From assembly GCA_963825015.1 (NCBI GenBank), contig CAWGRN010000021.1:3295-67294 (forward strand): a DNA stretch of 64,000 bases, in the 5' to 3' direction. Within the stretch, counting starts at the first letter, position 1; every line of letters begins with the position of its first letter. The translations under genes were made by a program, and so were the position numbers. Positions 55,157 to 64,000 of the stretch are shown in pieces. This DNA is from an uncultured Alphaproteobacteria bacterium (GTDB lineage: Bacteria > Pseudomonadota > Alphaproteobacteria > Rhizobiales > Xanthobacteraceae). The notes beneath the pieces were generated by a model. That model was not told the origin of the DNA. It saw only the letters and a program-made list of their open reading frames with translations, and did no database searches.

Positions 55157-56564
55157 TCAGGCCTTCCGCATCAAAGGCCGCATGTCGGCGAGATGGCCGC
55201 TGACAGCGGCGGCGGCGACCATCGCCGGCGACATGATATGCGTGCGGGCGCCGACGCCCTGGCGGCCGCGGAAATTGCGGTTGGTGGTCGAGGCGCAACG
55301 TTCGCCGGACGCCACCAGATCGCCATTGATGCCGACGCACATCGAACAGCCGGAGTCGGCCCATTCCAGTCCGGCGTCGCGGAACAGGCGGTCGAGACCT
55401 TCTTCTTCCGCCTGACGTTTGACGCTGGATGAGCCGGGCGACACCAGGCCCGGCACCTTGCTGACGCGATTGGCGAGAATGGCCGCCGCGGCGCGCAGAT
55501 CCTCGATGCGCGCATTGGTGCAGGAGCCGATAAAAACCCGATCGATCGCGATATCGGTCAGCTTCTCGCCGGGCGAGAGGCCCATATAGTCGATGGCGCC
55601 GCGGATATATTTGGCACGCTCCGGATTTTGTTCGCGCGCGGGATCGGGAACGCGGCCATCGATCGGCAGCGCGTCCTCCGGACTGGTGCCCCAGGTGACA
55701 AACGGCGCCACCGTCGCCGCATCGAGCGCCACTTCACGGTCGAACGTTGCGCCGGAGTCGGATTTGAGTTCGATCCAATCTTGCTATGGCCTGGTCGAGC
55801 GCGTCGCCCTTAGGCGCGAACTCGCGACCTTTGAGATAGTCGAAGGTCGTTGCGTCCGGCGCCACGATGCCGCAGCGGCCGCCGGCTTCGATCGCCATGT
55901 TGCACAAGGTCATGCGGCCCTCCATCGAGAGCGCACGGATCGCGGAACCGGCGAATTCGATGGCATGGCCGCTGGCGCCATCGGCGCCGATCTTGGCGAT
56001 GATGGCAAGCGCGATATCCTTGGCGCCGAGTCCTTCGGCCAGCTTGCCGTCGACGGTTATGCGCATGCGCTTCGGCTTTTTTTGCCACAGCGTCTGCGTC
56101 ATCAGGACATGCGCCACTTCCGATGCGCCGATCCCGAAAGCAAAAGCGCCGAATGCGCCATGGGTCGAGGTGTGGCTGTCGCCGCAGACGATCAGCAGGC
56201 CCGGCAGGGTCAGGCCCAATTCCGGTCCGACGACATGGACGATGCCCTGGCGGCGATCTTTCAAGCCCGAACAGAGTAATGTTCTGATCGGCGGTATTCT
56301 TGTCGAGTTGGCTGACCATGCGCGCGATTTCGGGATTGGGAATTGATTTGTTGCGGTCCGCGCGTCGGCACGTAATGGTCGGCGACGCCGAACGTCAGCC
56401 CCGGCTCGGCAACCGATGGCGCCCCGTTCGGCAAGCCGGCTGAAGCCGTGAAACGATCCTTCGTGCACGTAGTGGCGATCGACCCAGAGCAAGCTCTCGC
56501 CATCGCGCTGCACGATCTCGTGGCTCGACCAGAGTTTGTCGAAGAGGGTCAGCGGCGCGTTCAT
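55157..56564 (-). CDS. LeuC-like [4Fe-4S] hydratase/isomerase large subunit (paralog), frameshifted
   Basis: [44 protein letters not shown]. Confidence 0.9.
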
Positions 56565-56683
56565 GCGACTATTTAGCGCTTGAGGGGCATTGCAGTCGAA
56601 CGGCCATATTGTATGCTAAATAATACCTAGTAAAGCGTCCGCCCTTTCACCAAGGCCTGACGCTGGATGCGGCGGGGGTTGGT

Positions 56684-57502
56684 GTGGCGGATCGGTTGCA
56701 GGAAGCCAAGGCGCGCCAAGTCTATCTCGTGTTGCGTGACCGCATCATGAGCGGCGCCATGATTTTCGGCGCACGGCTTCCCAATGAAAACGATCTGGCG
56801 CGGGTGCATGGCGTATCGCGCGTTACCGTGCGCCGCGCGTTGGGCGAATTGCAGCGCGAGCATTTGATCGAGCGGCGGCGCAGCGCCGGAACTCGGGTGG
56901 TGTACCGGCCATAGCCCTCGCGCATGACCGCCGACATCTCCGGTGTGTTGGCCAATCTGGCCGATATGGGCCGCAGCACCAAGGTGCAATTGCTGTCGTT
57001 CGACTATGTGCAAGCGAGCGGTGCGGCCGCCGAGGCGCTGGGCGCCGGCGAGCATGAAATGCTGCAGCGTTCGGTGCGGGTACGTTCGGTCGACGGGTTG
57101 CCGTTTTCCTATCTGCTCGCGCATGTGCCGGAACGGATCGGCGTCACCTTCAGCGCCAAGGACCTGGCCGACCGCCCGTTGCTTGAATTGCTGGAACGCT
57201 CGGGCGTCAAGGTCGAGCGTGCGACGCAACGGATTTCCGCAGGTCTTGCGGCGCCCGACGTTGCCCGCGCGCTCGGAGTCAAGACCGGCTCGCCGCTGAT
57301 CGAACTGGTGCGCACCGTCTACGATCGCGATGGCCGCGGCGTCGAGCATCTGCATGCGCTGTACCGGCCGGATCGTTACAGCTTCGAATTCGATCTGGTC
57401 CGCTCCGGCGGCGCCAGAAAAAAGAGCTGGTCGGCGTTGCCGCTTGCGCTTCGCAAACCAACGAGAAGGTCGAAATCGTCTACCAACATTCCATTCATCT
57501 GA
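56684..57502 (+). CDS. GntR (HutC/UTRA) transcriptional regulator, interrupted by an in-frame TAG at 56912
   Basis: wHTH LPNENDLA...VSRVTVRRAL; the UTRA domain continues in the same frame (RSVDGLPFS...YRPDRY). Confidence 0.85.
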
Positions 57503-57519
57503 GCGAAAGGAAGGACATC

Positions 57520-58761
57520 ATGTCGAACACCAACAATCGATTCAGTCGCCGCAAATTCCTGCAATCGTCCGCACTGACGGCCGCCGCGGCCGCGAGCGGC
57601 ACGCTCGCCGCGCCGTCGATCTTGCGCGCCCAAGGCGGCGCCGTAAAAGTCGGATTCTTGCAGCCGGTATCGGGCGCATTGGCCTATTCCGGTCAGCAGG
57701 GCCGGCTTGGCGCATCGATCGCGGTCGAGGAAATCAACGCCGCCGGCGGCATCAAGGGCATGGGCGGCGCCAAGATCGAGCCGGTGCTCGGCGATGCGCA
57801 ATCGACGCCGGAAGGCGGCAATGCCGAAGTCGAAAAGATGAATTCGGCCGGCGTCTCGGCCATCGTCGGCGGCTACGCCAGCTCGATCTGTCTTGCGACC
57901 ACGCAGACCGCGGCGCGCTACGAACTGCCTTATATCGTGGACGTCGGCGTCACCGACGCCATCGTCACGCGCGGATTGAAGAACACCTTCCGCTTCGGTC
58001 CCGGATTTGGCGTGATCGCCAAGACCGCGCTCGCCAACCTTGTCGCCATCAACGACAAGGCCGGCAAGCCGGCCAAGACCGTGATGATCGTGCACGAGGA
58101 TTCGGCGTTCGGCTCCGGTCTCGCCAAGCTGCTCAATGCCCAGCTTCCGCCGCAAGGCTTCGAAGTGTTGGAAACCATCCCGCATCCGACGCCGACGCGC
58201 GATTTCAACAACGTCGTGCTCAAGATCAAGGCGGCCAACCCGGACATCGTCATTCCGGCCAACTACTACAATGAGTATGTGCTGCTCGCGCGCACCATGC
58301 AGCAGCAAAAGGTGCGGCCGAAGGCGGCGATCTACTCGGTGCTCGGCGGCGCGGCGTCGTCCTACAAATTCGTCAAGGAATTCCCGGAGGCGGCGCAATA
58401 CATCATGGATTGCAATCACTGGTTCGATCCGCGCAATCCGAAGGCACTGGCCCTGAAAAAGAAGGTCGAGGCGCAAGGCCAGTTCTTCACCTACGAGGTG
58501 TATATGAACTACAGCTGCGTGCTGCTGCTGGCGGACGCCATCGACCGTGCCAAGTCGGCCGACCGCGCCAAGATCACCGAGGCGCTCGCCAGCTCGACCT
58601 TCGCCGGCCACGTCATGCCTTATGGGCCGACGAAATTCGTCAACGGCCAGAACCAGGGCGCGGCGCCCGCCAACACGCAGGTGATCGGCAACGATATCCA
58701 GGTGATCCTGCCGGAAGCCTTCGCGTCGGCGAAGCCGGTTTATCCGTTGCCGCCGGCTTGA
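57520..58761 (+). CDS. LIV-type ABC transporter substrate-binding protein with Tat signal
   Basis: SRRKFL twin-arginine motif; PVSGALA, EEINAAGGI, GGYASS. Confidence 0.92.
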   Translation: MSNTNNRFSRRKFLQSSALTAAAAASGTLAAPSILRAQGGAVKVGFLQPVSGALAYSGQQGRLGASIAVEEINAAGGIKGMGGAKIEPVLGDAQSTPEGGNAEVEKMNSAGVSAIVGGYASSICLATTQTAARYELPYIVDVGVTDAIVTRGLKNTFRFGPGFGVIAKTALANLVAINDKAGKPAKTVMIVHEDSAFGSGLAKLLNAQLPPQGFEVLETIPHPTPTRDFNNVVLKIKAANPDIVIPANYYNEYVLLARTMQQQKVRPKAAIYSVLGGAASSYKFVKEFPEAAQYIMDCNHWFDPRNPKALALKKKVEAQGQFFTYEVYMNYSCVLLLADAIDRAKSADRAKITEALASSTFAGHVMPYGPTKFVNGQNQGAAPANTQVIGNDIQVILPEAFASAKPVYPLPPA

Positions 58762-58778
58762 TGAAGAGGCTCGTCGCA

Positions 58779-58804
58779 GCGGCGCCGAAAAGTCCCGGCG
58801 CCGC
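58779..58804 (+). other. Intra-operon stem-loop after the binding-protein gene
   Basis: GCGGCGCCG-N8-CGGCGCCGC. Confidence 0.55.
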
Positions 58805-58828
58805 CGCGACGGCGCCGGCCTCGGCCGG

Positions 58829-59707
58829 GTGGCGCCCGTGCATTTAAGCATCCTCCTTCCTGCGATCCTCAACGGTCTGCTGACCGGCGCCGTCTACGCG
58901 CTGATCGCGCTCGGCCTGACGCTGGTCTATGGCGTGCTGCACATCATCAACTTCGCCCACGGCGCGATGCTGACGGCGGCGCTGTTTGCGGCATTCTTCA
59001 TGCACAAACTATTCGGCATCGATCCTTATCTCGCCGTGTTCATTCTGATGCCGGCATTTTTTGCGCTCGGCTATGGCCTGCAGCGCTTCGTCATCGGCCC
59101 CGCGGCGCATGGCAATGACGGCAATATCCTTTTGGTGACGCTCGGCCTCTCCGTGGTCATTGAAAATGCGCTGCTCTATTTCTTTCGCGCCGATACCCGC
59201 ACCATCGACGTCAGCTATGGCTTCGACGTCGTGCCGATCGCCGGCATGTTTCTCTCGACGCCGCGGCTGGCCGGATTTGCCGGCGCGGTCGTCGTCGCGC
59301 TGCTGCTGTGGCTGCTGCTGACATTCACCGATACCGGCAAGGCCATTCGCGCGGTGGCGAAGGAGAAGCTCGGCGCGCAATTGTCCGGCATCGATGTCGC
59401 GCATATTTACGCCGTGACCTTCGGCCTCGGAGCCGCCTGCGTCGCCATCGCCGCCTGCCTGTTGATTCCGACCTATTACGTCAATCCGCATGTCGGCAAT
59501 GCTTTCGTGCTGATCGCGTTCACCACCGTGGTGCTGGGCGGCATGGGCTCGATCCCCGGCGCGCTGATCGGCGGGCTGTTCGTCGGCGTCGTCGAAAGTC
59601 TGTGCGGTCTTTATCTCGGTGAATCGCTCGGCCAGATCGGCATCTTCCTGATGTTCATTCTGGTTCTGCTGTTTCGGCCGAGCGGGTTGTTGGGAGAGCG
59701 GGCATGA
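58829..59707 (+). CDS. LIV-type ABC permease (LivH-like)
   Basis: YALIALGLTLVYG...NFAHG, GKAIRA, VLGGMGS, RPSGLLG. Confidence 0.92.
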   Translation: MAPVHLSILLPAILNGLLTGAVYALIALGLTLVYGVLHIINFAHGAMLTAALFAAFFMHKLFGIDPYLAVFILMPAFFALGYGLQRFVIGPAAHGNDGNILLVTLGLSVVIENALLYFFRADTRTIDVSYGFDVVPIAGMFLSTPRLAGFAGAVVVALLLWLLLTFTDTGKAIRAVAKEKLGAQLSGIDVAHIYAVTFGLGAACVAIAACLLIPTYYVNPHVGNAFVLIAFTTVVLGGMGSIPGALIGGLFVGVVESLCGLYLGESLGQIGIFLMFILVLLFRPSGLLGERA

Positions 59708-60693
59708 GCCGCGCCGGCTTTCTCCCGATTGTCGCAGTGGTCGCGGCGCTGGCGTGCATTCCGTTCGTCACCAGTTCGAACGTCGTGCTCAACTTTCTCG
59801 TGGTCGCGCTGCTGCTCACCCTGGCGGGGCAGGGCTGGAACATCCTCGGCGGCTATGGCGGCCAATATTCGTTCGGCCACGCCGCGTTTTTCGGCACCGG
59901 CGCCTATGCGACGGCGATCCTGCAAGTGCGTTACGGCCTCAATGCCTGGCCGGCTTTCGCCATCGGCATTGCGGCGGGCGCGGGCGTTGGCGCCGTGATC
60001 GGCGCCTTGACGTTCCGCTCAGGGCTGCGCGGGTCATATTTCGCGCTGGTCACGCTGGCCTTTGCCGAAGTGCTTCGCATCGTCGCCAGCGTGGCGCCGA
60101 TCACCGGCGCCGGCGTCGGCACCTTGATCAAGCTCGATCTCAGCGCGCGCGCGCTGCAATTCCCGAGCCGGGCGGCGTTCTATTGGTTCATTCTGGCGCT
60201 GGTCGCGGTGGCGCTTGTCATCACCCGGCTGATCGAGCAATCGCGCTTCGGCGCCTGGCTGGTGGCGGTGCGCGAGAACGAAGACGCCGCGCGCGCGCTT
60301 GGCGTCGACGCCACCCGCGTCAAACTGGGCGCCATGACGATATCGGCGGCGATGGCCGCGGCCGCCGGCTGCTTCTATGCGCAGTATTTCCTGTTCATCG
60401 ACGCCGGCATTGCCTACGGGCCGTGGATTTCGGTCGAAGCGCTGCTGGCGCCCATCATCGGCGGCGTCGGCACGGTATTCGGGCCGCTGCTCGGCGCGCT
60501 GATGGTCAAGATGCTGGGCGAGGCGGCCAAGCAGTTCACCGGCGACGTGCCCGGCCTCGACCTTGTGGTCTATGGCGTCGTGCTGATTCTGGTGATTGCT
60601 TTCGCGCCGCGCGGCGTCGCCGGCATCATTGCGCAGCTACGCGGCTGGTTGATGCCGCCGGCCAAAAAATTGCGGGAGGCCGCGCATGGTTGA
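59704..60693 (+). CDS. LIV-type ABC permease (LivM-like)
   Basis: WNILGGYGGQYSFGHAAFFG, YFALVTLAFAE, VRENEDAA. Confidence 0.92.
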   Translation: MSRAGFLPIVAVVAALACIPFVTSSNVVLNFLVVALLLTLAGQGWNILGGYGGQYSFGHAAFFGTGAYATAILQVRYGLNAWPAFAIGIAAGAGVGAVIGALTFRSGLRGSYFALVTLAFAEVLRIVASVAPITGAGVGTLIKLDLSARALQFPSRAAFYWFILALVAVALVITRLIEQSRFGAWLVAVRENEDAARALGVDATRVKLGAMTISAAMAAAAGCFYAQYFLFIDAGIAYGPWISVEALLAPIIGGVGTVFGPLLGALMVKMLGEAAKQFTGDVPGLDLVVYGVVLILVIAFAPRGVAGIIAQLRGWLMPPAKKLREAAHG

Positions 60694-61441
60694 ACCGATT
60701 TTGGCGGTCGAAGGTATTTCCAAGCAATTCGGCGGCTTGCGCGCGGTGCACGAGGCGTCGCTGAGCGTCGAGAGCGGCCGCATCACGGCGGTGATCGGGC
60801 CGAACGGCGCCGGCAAGACGACCTTGTTCGCCATGATCACCGGCTTCTTGACGCCGACCGCCGGGCGCATCGTCTACAATGGCGGCGACATCACCGGCAT
60901 GCCCGCCGCACCGGCTGGCGCGGCAAGGCATCGCGCGCACGTTCCAGATCGTCCAGCCATTCGCCGGCCTGTACGGTTTTGGAAAATATCGCGGTCGGCT
61001 CTCATCTGCACATCGCCGGCCGCGCGGCGGCGCTCGCGGCTGCCGCCGATGTCGCCAAGCTGGTCGGGCTCGACGCCATGTTGCAACAGCCCGCGTCGAC
61101 GCTGACGGTGTCCGGCCGCAAGCGGCTCGAATTGGCCCGCGCGCTGGCGACGACGCCGAAATTATTGCTGCTCGACGAAGTTCTCGCCGGCCTCAACCCG
61201 TCTGAAATTCGCGACGTGTTGCCGATCATCCGCGCCATTCGCGAACGCGGCGTGACCATCTTGATGATCGAGCATGTGATGCAGGCGGTGATGAGCCTCG
61301 CCGAGAAAATCTATGTGTTGGTGGAGGGCCGCGTCATTGCGCAGGGGCCGCCCGCGGCGGTCGCCGCCGATCCGAAAGTGATCGAGGCCTATCTCGGCGC
61401 CGGCGCCGCGGCCCGGTTGGCGGGAGGCGCGCATGGCCTAA
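60686..61441 (+). CDS. LIV-type ABC ATPase (LivG-like), frameshifted
   Basis: GPNGAGKTT, GIARTFQ, LLLDE, IEHVM, VIEAYLG. Confidence 0.9.
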
Positions 61442-62163
61442 TAGCCTGCGCGCTGAACCGCTTCTGCAAGTTCGCGGCTTGCACGCCGGCTACGGCGAAA
61501 CCGAGATCTTGCGCGGCATCGATCTCGTGGTCGGGTCCGGCGACATCGTGGCCGTGCTCGGTTCGAATGGCGCCGGAAAATCGACGCTCAATCTCGCGAT
61601 TTCCGGACTGGTTCCGGCCGCGCGGCGGCTCCATCGAGTTCGACGGCCGTTTCATCCACGACGCCAGCCCGTCCGCGATTGTCGCCTCGGGGCTGATCCA
61701 CGTGCCGGAAGGCCGCCGCATTTTTCCCAACATGTCGGTCGCCGACAATCTCGATCTCGGCAGCTATCGCCGCGCGGCGAGCCGCCGCGCGGCGAACCGT
61801 GAGCAGGTTTTTTCCATGTTTCCGCGCTTGCGCGAACGCGCGTCGCAGCGCGCCGGTACGCTGTCGGGCGGCGAACAGCAGATGTTGGCGATCGGCCGCG
61901 GCCTGATGGCCGAGCCGAAACTCCTGATCCTTGACGAACCTTCGCTCGGCCTTTCGCCGCTGCTGGTGGAGGAAATGTTCGCCATGATCCTGCGACTTAA
62001 CAAAGACGGACTCGCGGTGCTATTGGTCGAACAAAACGTGGTGCAAAGTCTCGACATCGTGCATCGCGCCTACATTCTCGAACACGGCAGCTTTGTCATG
62101 TCGGGCAGTGCCGCCGACATTCGCTCCAACGCCGATCTCAAGCGCGCTTTTCTCGGATTATAG
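61433..62163 (+). CDS. LIV-type ABC ATPase (LivF-like), frameshifted
   Basis: GSNGAGKST, VPEGRRIF, LSGGEQQM, LDEPSLGL, VEQN. Confidence 0.9.
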
Positions 62164-62165
62164 CC

Positions 62166-63067
62166 ATGACCCAACAGAACACGTTGCGCTCGCTGCTGTC
62201 GAAGCCGCCGATTGTGGTTGCTCCGGGCATTTACGATCCGCTGACGGCGCTGATTGCGACCCGGGCCGGTTTTCGCTCGCTGTATATATCCGGCGCGGCC
62301 ATCGCCTATACGCGGCTCGGGCGGCCGGACATCGGGCTGGTGAGCATCACCGAAGTGGTCGAAACCGTTTCGCTGATCCGCGACCGCGTTGACGCCAATC
62401 TGATCGTCGATGCCGATACCGGTTACGGCAATGCGCTCAATGTCGAACGGACGGTGCGGCTGCTTGAGAAATCCGGTGCCGAGCGCAATCCAGATCGAGG
62501 ACCAGGGCTTTCCCAAGCGCTGCGGCCATCTCGACGACAAGACGCTGATCCCGGCCGCTGAAATGGCCGGCAAGATCAAGGCCGCGGTCGACGCCCGCCA
62601 TTCGAAAGACACGCTGATCATCGCGCGCACCGATGCGGTCGCGGTCGAAGGCTTCGATCAGGCTGTCGAACGCGCGCTGCATCTACAGGGATGCCGGCGC
62701 GGACGTCTTGTTTATCGAGGCGCCGAAGGCGCGAGAGGAACTCGCTAAGATCGTCAAGCAGGTCGGCCGCGCGCTGCCGCTGATGGCCAATATGGTCGAA
62801 GGCGGCAAGACACCGATGCTGTCGGCGGCCGAACTCGAAACGCTCGGCTTTTCGCTGGTCATTTTTCCCGGTGGCATCGTGCGTACGCTGGCCAAGACCG
62901 CGGGCGAATATTACGCCTCGCTCGCCGCCCATGGCAGCACCCAGCCGTTCCGCGATCGTATGTTCGATTTCGACGAACTAAACGGCCTGCTCGGCACGCC
63001 GGAAATAATCGAGCGCGGCAAGCAATATGAAGTGACGTCAGCGCCGAATAGCAAGAACCGCCAGTAA
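62166..63067 (+). CDS. Isocitrate lyase/PEP mutase-family C-C lyase (PrpB/Dml-like), frameshifted
   Basis: YISGA, DADTGYG, IEDQGFPKRCGH, ARTDA, NMVEGGKTP. Confidence 0.9.
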
Positions 63068-63085
63068 GCGAAGGAAAGTCTCGCT

Positions 63086-64000
63086 ATGGACAAGGTTTTC
63101 GATACCATCATCAAGAACGCCCGAGTGGTTCGACCCAACAAGACCTCGGTCGATTGTCTTGATATTGCGGTCAAGGATGGAAAGATCGCGCGGCTCGGTC
63201 CGGAAATTCAGGCCGATCTCGCTAACAAGGTCTTTGACGCTAAGAATCGCCTCGCGTTCCCGGGTTGCGTCGACGCGCATATGCATATCGGCATTTATGC
63301 GCCGCTCGCCCAGGACGCGCTTTCTGAGAGCAAGGCCGCGGCGATGGGAGGAGTTACCTCTAGCCTGAATTACCTGCGCACAGGACACTACTATCTCAAT
63401 CGAGGCGGCCCTTATCGCGAATTCATGCCCGAGGTGTACAAGCAATCGGAGGGGCGGTTTTGGGTCGACTACGGATTTCATCTTGCGCCGATCGAAGAGG
63501 CGCATATCGATGAAATGGAGTATCTGGTCACAGAACATGGCGTGACCTCGTTCAAGATTTTCATGTTCTACGGCGGCTATGGGCTGCACGGTGCATCGTC
63601 GCAGCAAAATGATTTTTTGATGATCGGGCCCGACGAGCGATACGACATCGCGCACTTCGAGTTCATCATGCGGTCGGCGCAGCGCCTGATGGCTAAATTT
63701 CCGGAGCAGGCCGCCCACATCAGCGTCAGTCTGCATTGCGAACTCGCAGAGATCCTGACCGCCTATACAAAGATCGTGGAACGCGAGGGCAAGCTGACCG
63801 GTCTGCATGCCTATAGTGCCGCGCGTCCGCCACATTCCGAGGGTCTTGCCATCTGGATTGCATCTTATCTGGCAAATGAAACCAATTGTCTGAACATCAA
63901 TCTCTTGCACTTGAGTTCACGCAAAGCAGTCGATGCCGCGTGGACCATGCAGCAGGTCTTTCCGCATATTGCTTTCCGCCGCGAAGTGACTGTCGGCCAT
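63086..64000 (+). CDS. Cyclic amidohydrolase (hydantoinase/allantoinase/dihydroorotase family), truncated by the window end
   Basis: Not in the ORF track; my translation: MDKVFDTIIKNARVVRP...PGCVDAHMHIG...AAAMGGVT...SFKIFMFY...LHCE...LLHLS. Confidence 0.9.
   Translation, partial: MDKVFDTIIKNARVVRPNKTSVDCLDIAVKDGKIARLGPEIQADLANKVFDAKNRLAFPGCVDAHMHIGIYAPLAQDALSESKAAAMGGVTSSLNYLRTGHYYLNRGGPYREFMPEVYKQSEGRFWVDYGFHLAPIEEAHIDEMEYLVTEHGVTSFKIFMFYGGYGLHGASSQQNDFLMIGPDERYDIAHFEFIMRSAQRLMAKFPEQAAHISVSLHCELAEILTAYTKIVEREGKLTGLHAYSAARPPHSEGLAIWIASYLANETNCLNINLLHLSSRKAVDAAWTMQQVFPHIAFRREVTVGH

Noticed and set aside
56609-56628. GntR operator (GTAT-N8-ATAC) between the leuC-like gene and the regulator
   Set aside because: Plausible position, but a 4-bp inverted repeat is too weak to support without comparative data.
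60979-62163. Apparent LivG-LivF fusion
   Set aside because: An extra C in ATGGCCTAA removes the overlapping stop/start; two normal ATPases are recovered on correction.

Overview
GC-rich chromosomal segment from an alphaproteobacterium, inferred to be Hyphomicrobiales (Xanthobacteraceae/Nitrobacteraceae-like) from gene content, CtrA-type boxes and REP-like repeats. The backbone is mostly housekeeping: tag, ygfZ, pyrC, SRAP, tsaC/sua5, corA, pdxH, a DnaJ-class chaperone, an ECF sigma/anti-sigma pair, fabI, aroC, ribB, tlyA, dxs, xseB and fatty-acid metabolism genes. Two tRNAs are each followed by an accessory block. After tRNA-Pro(CGG) lie a TAXI-TRAP transporter, an IlvD/Edd dehydratase, and a periplasmic binding protein paired with a 2TM-PAS-GGDEF-EAL sensor. 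After tRNA-Gln(TTG), running off the right end, lies a catabolic island: divergent LeuC/LeuD-like hydratase, GntR/UTRA regulator, LIV-type ABC importer, ICL/PEP-mutase-family lyase and a cyclic amidohydrolase. This island is the best candidate for an undescribed pathway. More than 20 genes are broken by frameshifts; the junctions I traced base by base are single-base insertions, which look like long-read sequencing errors rather than real pseudogenes. No integrase, transposase, prophage or CRISPR array was seen. Coordinates of frameshifted genes are reconstructed by eye and approximate.
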